A DNA stretch of 64,000 nt from Mobula hypostoma (taxonomy: Eukaryota), in the NCBI RefSeq assembly GCF_963921235.1, contig NC_086097.1:104534001-104598000 (forward strand). Direction: 5' to 3'. Positions 27,571-37,938 of this stretch are shown piece after piece. Each line of letters starts with the position of its first letter. Within the stretch, counting starts at the first letter, position 1. The notes below the pieces were generated by a model. It ran no database searches. It had not been told where the DNA came from and worked only from the letters and a program-made list of their open reading frames with translations. A program made the position numbers and the translations under genes.

Positions 27571-28991
27571 TGCAGAGCAGTGACGAGTGTTGTGAACAGG
27601 GTATGACCTGTACGGTAAATGCAGGGCAGTGACGAGTGTTGTGAACAGGGTATGACCTGTACGGTAAATGCAGGGCAGAGAGGAGTGTTGTGAACAGGGT
27701 ATGACCTGTACGGTAAATGCAGGGCAGTGAGGAGTGTTGTGAACAGGGTATGACCTGTACGGTAAATGCAGGGCAGTGACGAGTGTTGTGAACAGGGTAT
27801 GACCTGTACGGTAATTGCAGGGCGGTGACGAGTGTCGTGAACAGGGTATGACCTGTACGGTAAATGCAGGGCAGTGACGAGTGTTGTGAACAGGGTATGA
27901 CCTGTACGGTAAATGCAGGGCAGTGACGAGTGTTGTGAACAGGGTATGACCTGTACGGTAAATGCAGGGCAGTGAGGAGTGTTGTGAACAGGGTATGACC
28001 TGTACGGTAACTGCAGGGCAGTGAGGAGTGTTGTGAACAGGGTATGACCTGTACGGTAACTGCAGGGCAGTGACGAGTGTTGTGAACAGGATATGATCTG
28101 TACAGTAAATGCAGGGCAGTGAGGAGTGTTGTGAACAGGGTAAGACCTGTATAGTAAATGCAGGGCAGTGACGAGTGTTGTGAACAGGGTATGACCTGTA
28201 CGGTAAAAGCAGGGCAGTGACGAGTGTTGTGAACAGGGTAAGACCTGTACAGTAATTGCAGGGCAGTGAGGAGTGTTGTGAACAGGGTATGACCTGTACG
28301 GTAAATGCAGGGCAGTGACGAGTGTTGTGAACAGGGTATGACCTGTACGGTAAATGCAGGGCAGTGAGGAGTGTTGTGAACAGGGTAAGACCTGTACAGT
28401 AATTGCAGGGCAGTGACGAGTGTTGTGAACAGGGTATGACCTGTACGGTAAAAGCAGGGCAGTGAGGAGTGTTGTGAACAGGGTATGACCTGTACAGTAA
28501 ATGCAGGGCAGTGACGAGTGTTGTGAACAGGGTATGACATGTACGGTAAATGCAGGGAAGTGACGAGTGTTGTAAACAGGGTATGAACTGTACGGTAAAT
28601 GCAGGGTAGTGAGGAGTGTTGTGAACAGGGTATGACCAGTACAGTAAATGCAGGGCAGTGACGAGTGTCGTGAACAGGGTATGACCTGTACGGTAAATGC
28701 AGGGCAGTGACGAGTGTTGTGAACAGGGTATGACCTGTACGGTAAATGCAGGGTGGTGAGGAGTGTTGTGAACAGGGTATGACCTGTACAGTAAATGCAG
28801 GGCAGTGACGAGTGTCGTGAACAGGGTGTGACCTGTACAGTAAATGCAGGGCAGTGACGAGTGTCGTGAACAGGGTATGACCTGTACAGTAAATGCAGGG
28901 CAGTGACGAGTGTTGTGAACAGGGTATGATCTGTACGGTAAATGCAGGGCAGTGACGACTGTTGTGAACCGAGTATGACCTGTACAGTCAA
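27571..28991. repeat. 29-monomer higher-order block, copy 3
   Basis: Marker-to-marker distance 27570 to 28991 is 1421 bp. Same variant order, with some variants (CCCTAA, GGAATG, CTCTA) absent. Confidence 0.8.
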
Positions 28992-30755
28992 TGCAGAGCA
29001 GTGACGAGTGTTGTGAACAGGTTATGACCTGTACGGTAAATGCAGAGCAGTGACGAGTGTTGTGAACAGGGTATGACCTGTACGGTAAATGCAGGGCAGA
29101 GAGGAGTGTTGTGAACAGGGTATGACCTGTACGGTAAATGCAGGGTGGTGAGGAGTGTTGTGAACAGGGTATGACCTGTACTGTAAATGCAGGGCAGTGA
29201 GGAGTGTTGTGAACAGGGTATGACCTGCACGGTAAATGCAGGGCAGTGACGAGTGTTGTGAACAGGGTATGACCTGTACGGTAAATGCAGGGCAGTGAGG
29301 AGTGTTGTGAACAGGGTATGACCTCTACAGTAATTGCAGGGCAGTGACGAGCGTTGTGAACAGGGTATGACCTGTACGGTAAATGCAGGGCAGTGAGGAG
29401 TGTTGTGAACAGGGTATGACCTGTACAGTAAATGCAGGGCAGTGACGAGTGTTGTGAACAGGGTATGACCTGTACAGTAAATGCAGGGCAGTGACGAGTG
29501 TTGTGAACAGGGTATGACCTGTACGGTAAATGCAGGGCAGTGACGAGTGTTGTGAACAGGGTAAGACCTGTACGGTAAATGCAGGGCAGTGACGAGTGTT
29601 GTGAACAGGGTATGACCTGTACGGTAAATGCAGGGCAGTGACGAGTGTTGTGAACAGGGTATGACCTGTACAGTAAATGCAGGGCAGTGACGAGTGTTGT
29701 GAACAGGGTAAGACCTGTACGGTAAATGCAGGGCAGTGAGGAGTGTTGTGAACAGGGTATGACCTGTACGGTAAATGCAGGGCAGTGACGAGTGTTGTGA
29801 ACAGGGTATGACCTGTACGGTAAATGCAGGGCAGTGAGGAGTGTTGTGAACAGGGTATGACCTGTACAGTAAATGCAGGGCAGTGACGAGTGTTGTGAAC
29901 AGGGTATGACCTGTACGGTAAATGCAGGGCAGTGACGAGTGTTGTGAACAGGGTATGACCTGTACGGTAAATGCAGGGCAGTGAGGAGTGTTGTGAACAG
30001 GGTATGACCTGTACAGTAAATGCAGGGCAGTGACGAGTGTTGTGAACAGGGTATGACCTGTACAGTAAATGCAGGGCAGTGACGAGTGTCGTGAACAGGG
30101 TATGACCTGTACGGTAAATGCAGGGCGGTGACGAGTGCTGTGAACAGGGTATGACCTGTACGGTAAATGCAGGGCAGTGACGAGTGTTGTGAACAGGGTA
30201 TGACCTGTACGGTAAATGCAGGGCAGTGACGAGTGTTGTGAACAGGGTATGACCTGTACGGTAAATGCAGGGCAGTGAGGAGTGTTGTGAACAGGGTATG
30301 ACCTGTACGGTAAATGCAGGGCAGTGAGGAGTGTTGTGAACAGGGTATGACCTGTACAGTAAATGCAGGGCAGTGACGAGTGTTGTGAACAGGGTATGAC
30401 CTGTACGGTAAATGCAGGGCAGTGAGGAGTGTTGTGAACAGGGTATGACCTGTACGGTAAATGCAGGGCAGTGACGAGTGTTGTGAACAGGGTATGACCT
30501 GTACGGTAAATGCAGGGCAGTGAGGAGTGTTGTGAACAGGGTATGACCAGTACAGTAAATGCAGGGCAGTGACGAGTGTCGTGAACAGGGTATGACCTGT
30601 ACAGTAAATGCAGGGCAGTGACGAGTGTCGTGAACAGGGTATGACCTGTACAGTAAATGCAGGGCAGTGACGAGTGTTGTGAACAGGGTATGACCTGTAC
30701 GGTAAATGCAGGGCAGTGACGAGTGTTGTGAACCGAGTATGACCTGTACAGTCAA

Positions 30756-32127
30756 TGCAGAGCAGTGACGAGTGTTGTGAACAGGGTATGACCTGTACGG
30801 TAAATGCAGAGCAGTGACGAGTGTTGTGAACAGGGTATGACCTGTACGGTAAATGCAGGGCAGAGAGGAGTGTTGTGAACAGGGTATGACCTGTACGGTA
30901 AATGCAGGGCAGTGAGGAGTGTTGTGAACAGGGTATGACCTGCACGGTAAATGCAGGGCAGTGACGAGTGTTGTGAACAGGGTATGACCTGTACGGTAAT
31001 TGCAGGGCGGTGACGAGTGTCGTGAACAGGGTATGACCTGTACGGTAAATGCAGGGCAGTGACGAGTGTTGTGAACAGGGTATGACCTGTACGGTAAATG
31101 CAGGGCAGTGACGAGTGTTGTGAACAGGGTATGACCTGTACGGTAAATGCAGGGCAGAGAGGAGTGTTGTGAACAGGGTATGACCTGTACGGTAACTGCA
31201 GGGCAGTGACGAGTGTTGTGAACAGGGTATGACCTGTACCCTAAATGCAGGGCAGTGACGAGTGTTGTGAACAGGATATGATCTGTACAGTAAATGCAGG
31301 GCAGTGAGGAGTGTTGTGAACAGGGTAAGACCTGTATAGTAAATGCAGGGCAGTGACGAGTGTTGTGAACAGGGAATGACCTGTACGGTAAACGCAGGGC
31401 AGTGACGAGTGTTGTGAACAGGGTAAGACCTGTACAGTAATTGCAGGGCAGTGAGGAGTGTTTTGAACAGGGTATGACCTGTACGGTAAATGCAGGGCAG
31501 TGACGAGTGTTGTGAACAGGGTATGACCTGTACGGTAAATGCAGGGCAGTGAGGAGTGTTGTGAACAGGGTATGACCTGTACAGTAATTGCAGGGCAGTG
31601 ACGAGTGTTGTGAACAGGGTATGACCTGTACGGTAAAAGCAGGGCAGTGAGGAGTGTTGTGAACAGGGTATGACCTGTACAGTAAATGCAGGGCAGTGAC
31701 GAGTGTTGTGAACAGGGTATGACATGTACGGTAAATGCAGGGAAGTGACGAGTGTTGTAAACAGGGTATGAACTGTACGGTAAATGCAGGGTAGTGAGGA
31801 GTGTTGTGAACAGGGTATGACCAGTACAGTAAATGCAGGGCAGTGACGAGTGTCGTGAACAGGGTATGACCTGTACGGTAAATGCAGGGCAGTGACGAGT
31901 GTTGTGAACAGGGTATGACCTGTACGGTAAATGCAGGGTGGTGAGGAGTGTTGTGAACAGGGTATGACCTGTACAGTAAATGCAGGGCAGTGACGAGTGT
32001 CGTGAACAGGGTGTGACCTGTACAGTAAATGCAGGGCAGTGACGAGTGTCGTGAACAGGGTATGACCTGTACAGTAAATGCAGGGCAGTGACGACTGCTG
32101 TGAACCGAGTATGACCTGTACAGTCAA
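30756..32127. repeat. 28-monomer version of the higher-order block, copy 4
   Basis: Marker distance 30755 to 32127 is 1372 bp (28x49). Same variant order, one monomer shorter near the right end. Confidence 0.8.
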
Positions 32128-35100
32128 TGCAGAGCAGTGACGAGTGTTGTGAACAGGTTATGACCTGTACGGTAAATGCAGAGCAGTGACGAGTGTTGTG
32201 AACAGGGTATGACCTGTACGGTAAATGCAGGGCAGAGAGGAGTGTTGTGAACAGGGTATGACCTGTACGGTAAATGCAGGGTGGTGAGGAGTGTTGTGAA
32301 CAGGGTATGACCTGTACTGTAAATGCAGGGCAGTGAGGAGTGTTGTGAACAGGGTATGACCTGCACGGTAAATGCAGGGCAGTGACGAGTGTTGTGAACA
32401 GGGTATGACCTGTACGGTAAATGCAGGGCAGTGAGGAGTGTTGTGAACAGGGTATGACCTCTACAGTAATTGCAGGGCAGTGACGAGCGTTGTGAACAGG
32501 GTATGACCTGTACGGTAAATGCAGGGCAGTGAGGAGTGTTGTGAACAGGGTATGACCTGTACAGTAAATGCAGGGCAGTGACGAGTGTTGTGAACAGGGT
32601 ATGACCTGTACAGTAAATGCAGGGCAGTGACGAGTGTTGTGAACAGGGTATGATCTGTACGGTAAATGCAGGGCAGTGACGAGTGTTGTGAACAGGGTAA
32701 GACCTGTACGGTAAATGCAGGGCAGTGACGAGTGTTGTGAACAGGGTATGACCTGTACGGTAAATGCAGGGCAGTGACGAGTGTTGTGAACAGGGTATGA
32801 CCTGTACGGTAAATGCAGGGCAGTGACGAGTGTTGTGAACAGGGTATGACCTGTACGGTAAATGCAGGGCAGTGACGAGTGTTGTGAACAGGGTATGACC
32901 TGTACAGTAAATGCAGGGCAGTGACGAGTGTTGTGAACAGGGTATGACCTGTACGGTAAATGCAGGGCAGTGAGGAGTGTTGTGAACAGGGTATGACCTG
33001 TACGGTAAATGCAGGGCAGTGACGAGTGTTGTGAACAGGGTATGACCTGTACGGTAAATGCAGGGCAGTGAGGAGTGTTGTGAACAGGGTATGACCTGTA
33101 CAGTAAATGCAGGGCAGTGACGAGTGTTGTGAACAGGGTATGACCTGTACGGTAAATGCAGGGCAGTGACGAGTGTTGTGAACAGGGTAAGACCTGTACG
33201 GTAAATGCAGGGTGGTGAGGAGTGTTGTGAACAGGGTATGACCTGTACAGTAAATGCAGGGCAGTGACGAGTGTTGTGAACAGGGTATGACCTGTACAGT
33301 AAATGCAGGGCAGTGACGAGTGTTGTGAACAGGGTATGACCTGTACAGTAAATGCAGGGCAGTGACGAGTGTTGTGAACAGGGTAAGACCTCTACAGTAA
33401 ATGCAGGGCAGTGACGAGTGTTGTGAACAGGGTATGACCTGTACGGTAAATGCAGGGCAGTGAGGAGTGTTGTGAACAGGGTATGACCTGTACCGTAAAT
33501 GCAGGGCAGTGACGAGTGTTGTGAACAGGGTATGACCTGTACCGTAAATACAGGGCAGTGACGAGTGTTGTGAACAGGGTAAGACCTGTACGGTAAATGC
33601 AGGGCAGTGACGAGTGTTGTGAACAGGGTATGACCTGTACCCTAAATGCAGGGCAGTGACGAGTGTTGTGAACAGGATATGACCTGTACAGTAAATGCAG
33701 GGCAGTGAGGAGTGTTGTGAACAGGGTATGACCTCTACAGTAATTGCAGGGCAGTGACGAGTGTTGTGAACAGGGTATGACCTGTACGGTAAATGCAGGG
33801 CAGTGAGGAGTGTTGTGAACAGGGTATGACCTGTACAGTAAATGCAGGGCAGTGACGAGTGTTGTGAACAGGGTATGACCTGTACGGTAAATGCAGGGCA
33901 GTGACGAGTGTTGTGAACAGGGTATGACCTGTACGGTAAATGCAGGGCAGTGAGGAGTGTTGTGAACAGGGTATGACCTGTACAGTAAATGCAGGGCAGT
34001 GACGAGTGTTGTGAACAGGGTATGTCCTGTACGGTAAATGCAGGGCAGTGAGGAGTGTTGTGAACAGGGTATGACCTGTACGGTAAATGCAGGGCAGTGA
34101 CGAGTGTTGTGAACAGGGTATGACCTGTACAGTAAATGCAGGGCAGTGACGAGTGTTGTGAACAGGGTATGACCTGTACAGTAAATGCAGGGCAGTGACG
34201 AGTGTTGTGAACAGGGTATGACCTGTACAGTAAATGCAGGGCAGTGACGAGTGTTGTGAACAGGGTATGACCTGTACGGTAAATGCAGGGCAGTGACGAG
34301 TGTTGTGAACAGGGTATGACCTGTACGGTAAATGCAGGGCAGTGAGGAGTGTTGTGAACAGGGTATGACCTGTACGGTAAATGCAGGGCAGTGACGAGTG
34401 TCGTGAACAGGGTATGACCTGTACAGTAAATGCAGGGCAGTGACGAGTGTTGTGAACAGGGTATGACCTGTACAGTAAATGCAGGGCAGTGACGAGTGTT
34501 GTGAACAGGGTATGACCTGTACGGTAAATGCAGGGCAGTGACGAGTGTTGTGAACAGGGTATGACCTGTACGGTAAATGCAGGGCAGTGAGGAGTGTTGT
34601 GAACAGGGTATGACCTGTACGGTAAATGCAGGGCAGTGACGAGTGTTGTGAACAGGGTATGACCTGTACGGTAAATGCAGGGCAGTGACGAGTGTTGTGA
34701 ACAGGGTATGACCTGTACGGTAAATGCAGGGCAGTGACGAGTGTTGTGAACAGGGTATGACCTGTACGGTAAATGCAGGGCAGTGACGAGTGTCGTGAAC
34801 AGGGTATGACCTGTACGGTAAATGCAGGGCAGAGAGGAGTGTTGTGAACAGGGTATGACCTCTACAGTAATTGCAGGGCAGTGACGAGTGTTGTGAACAG
34901 GGTATGACCTGTACGGTAAATGCAGGGCAGTGAGGAGTGTTGTGAACAGGGTATGACCTGTACAGTAAATGCAGGGCAGTGACGAGTGTTGTGAACAGGG
35001 TATGACCTGTACGGTAAATGCAGGGCAGTGAGGAGTGTTGTGAACAGGGTATGACCTGTACTGTAAATGCAGGGCTGTGACGAGTGTTGTGAACAGGGTA

Positions 35101-37738
35101 TGACCTGTACAGTAAATGCAGGGCAGTGAGGAGTGTTGTGAACAGGGTATGACCTGTACGGTAAATGCAGGGCAGTGACGAGTGTTGTGAACAGGGTATG
35201 ACCTGTACGGTAAATGCAGGGCAGTGAGGAGTGTTGTGAACAGGGTATGACCAGTACAGTAAATGCAGGGCAGTGACGAGTGTCGTGAACAGGGTATGAC
35301 CTGTACAGTAAATGCAGGGCAGTGACGAGTGTCGTGAACAGGGTATGACCTGCACAGTAAATGCAGGGCTGTGACGAGTGTTGTGAACAGGGTATGACCT
35401 GTACGGTAAATGCAGGGCAGTGACGAGTGTTGTGAACCGAGTATGATGACCTGTACAGTCAATGCAGAGCAGTGACGAGTGTTGTGAACAGGGTATGACC
35501 TGTACGGTAAATGCAGAGCAGTGACGAGTGTTGTGAACAGGGTATGACCTGTACGGTAAATGCAGGGCAGAGAGGAGTGTTGTGAACAGGGTATGACCTG
35601 TACGGTAAATGCAGGGCAGTGAGGAGTGTTGTGAACAGGGTATGACCTGTACGGTAAATGCAGGGCAGTGACGAGTGTTGTGAACAGGGTATGACCTGTA
35701 CGGTAAATGCAGGGCAGTGAGGAGTGTTGTGAACAGGGTATGACCTGTACGGTAAATGCAGGGCAGTGAGGAGTGTTGTGAACAGGGTATGACCTGTACG
35801 GTAAATGCAGGGCAGTGACGAGTGTTGTGAACAGGGTATGACCTGTACGGTAAATGCAGGGCGGTGACGAGTGTCGTGAACAGGGTATGACCTGTACGGT
35901 AAATGCAGGGCAGTGACGAGTGTTGTGAACAGGGTATGACCTGTACGGTAAATGCAGGGCAGTGACGAGTGTTGTGAACAGGGTATGACCTGTACGGTAA
36001 ATGCAGGGCAGAGAGGAGTGTTGTGAACAGGGTATGACCTGTACGGTAAATGCAGGGCAGTGACGAGTGTTGTGAACAGGGTATGACCTGTACGGTAAAT
36101 GCAGGGCAGCGACGAGTGTTGTGAACAGGATATGATCTGTACAGTAAATGCAGGGCAGTGAGGAGTGTTGTGAACAGGGTAAGACCTGTATAGTAAATGC
36201 AGGGCAGTGACGAGTGTTGTGAACAGGGAATGACCTGTATGGTAAACGCAGGGCAGTGACGAGTGTTGTGAACAGGGTAAGACCTGTACAGTAATTGCAG
36301 GGCAGTGAAGAGTGTTGTGAATAGGGCATGACCTGTACAGTAAATGCAGGGCAGTGACGAGTGTTGTGAACAGGGTATGACCTGTACGGTAAATGCAGGG
36401 CAGTGACGAGTGTTGTGAACAGGGTATGACCTCTACAGTAATTGCAGGGCAGTGACGAGTGTTGTGAACAGGGTATGACCTGTACGGTAAATGCAGGGCA
36501 GTGAGGAGTGTTGTGAACAGGGTATGACCTGTACAGTAAATGCAGGGCAGTGACGAGTGTTGTGAACAGGGTATGACCTGTACGGTAAATGCAGGGCAGT
36601 GACGAGTGTTGTGAACAGGGTATGACCTGTACGGTAAATGCAGGGCAGTGAGGAGTGTTGTGAACAGGGTATGACCTGTACAGTAATTGCAGGGCAGTGA
36701 CGAGTGTCGTGAACAGGGTATGACCTGTACGGTAAATGCAGGGCAGTGACGAGTGTTGTGAACAGGGTATGACCTGTACGGTAAATGCAGGGCAGTGAGG
36801 AGTGTTGTGAACAGGGTATGACCTGTACGGTAAATGCAGGGCAGTGAGGAGTGTTGTGAACAGGGTATGACCTGTACGGTAAATGCAGGGCAGTGACGAG
36901 TGTTGTGAACAGGGTATGACCTGTACGGTAAATGCAGGGCAGTGACGAGTGTTGTGAACAGGGTATGACCTGTACGGTAAATGCAGGGCAGTGAGGAGTG
37001 TTGTGAACAGGGTATGACCTGTACGGTAAATGCAGGGCAGTGACGAGTGTTGTGAACAGGGTATGACCTGTACGGTAAATGCAGGGCAGAGAGGAGTGTT
37101 GTGAACAGGGTAAGACCTGTACAGTAAATGCAGGGCAGTGACGAGTGTTGTGAACAGGGTATGACCTGTACGGTAAATGCAGGGCAGAGAGGAGTGTTGT
37201 GAACAGGGTATGACCTGTACGGTAAATGCAGGGCAGTGACGAGTGTTGTGAACAGGGTATGACCTGTACGGTAAATGCAGGGCAGTGACGAGTGTTGTGA
37301 ACAGGGTATGACCTGTACGGTAAATGCAGGGCAGTGACGAGTGTTGTGAACAGGGTATGACCTGTACGGTAAATGCAGGGCAGTGACGAGTGTTGTGAAC
37401 AGGGTATGACCCGTACGGTAAATGCAGGGCAGTGACGAGTGTTGTGAACAGGGTATGACCTGTACAGTAAATGCAGGGCAGTGACGAGTGTTGTGAACAG
37501 GGTATGACCTGTACGGTAAATGCAGGGTGTTGAGGAGTGTTGTGAACAGGGTATGACCTGTACGGTAAATGCAGGGCAGTGACGAGTGTTGTGAACAGGG
37601 TATGACCTGTACGGTAAATGCAGGGCAGTGAGGAGTGTTGTGAACAGGGTATGACCTGTACAGTAAATGCAGGGCAGTGACGAGTGTTGTGAACAGGGTA
37701 TGACCTGTACGGTAAATGCAGGGCAGTGACGCGTGTTG

Positions 37739-37938
37739 NNNNNNNNNNNNNNNNNNNNNNNNNNNNNNNNNNNNNNNNNNNNNNNNNNNNNNNNNNNNNN
37801 NNNNNNNNNNNNNNNNNNNNNNNNNNNNNNNNNNNNNNNNNNNNNNNNNNNNNNNNNNNNNNNNNNNNNNNNNNNNNNNNNNNNNNNNNNNNNNNNNNNN
37901 NNNNNNNNNNNNNNNNNNNNNNNNNNNNNNNNNNNNNN
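37739..37938. other. Assembly/scaffold gap (200 N)
   Basis: Run of exactly 200 N. A round fixed length is typical of a placeholder gap. Both flanking contigs end inside tandem arrays. Confidence 0.99.

Larger units (their letters stand above)
1..37738. repeat. 49-bp tandem satellite/minisatellite array, about 770 monomers, truncated by the window start and by the gap
   Basis: Consensus GTTGTGAACAGGGTATGACCTGTACGGTAAATGCAGGGCAGTGACGAGT (49 nt: 18 G, 13 A, 11 T, 7 C) repeats head-to-tail in one orientation. The first GTTG ends at 5 and the last at 37738 = 5 + 770x49 + 3. Monomers differ by a few substitutions; the common dimorphisms are TAC[G/A]G and GA[C/G]GA. Confidence 0.99.

Noticed and set aside
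1..37738. CRISPR array
   Set aside because: No unique spacers, since the whole 49-bp unit repeats; no leader sequence or cas genes.
1..37738. G-quadruplex array or Chi-like minisatellite core (GGGCAG..GAGG, variant GGTGGTG)
   Set aside because: GGG runs are separated by 21-22 nt, too long for a canonical G4. The Chi/core resemblance is short and inexact.
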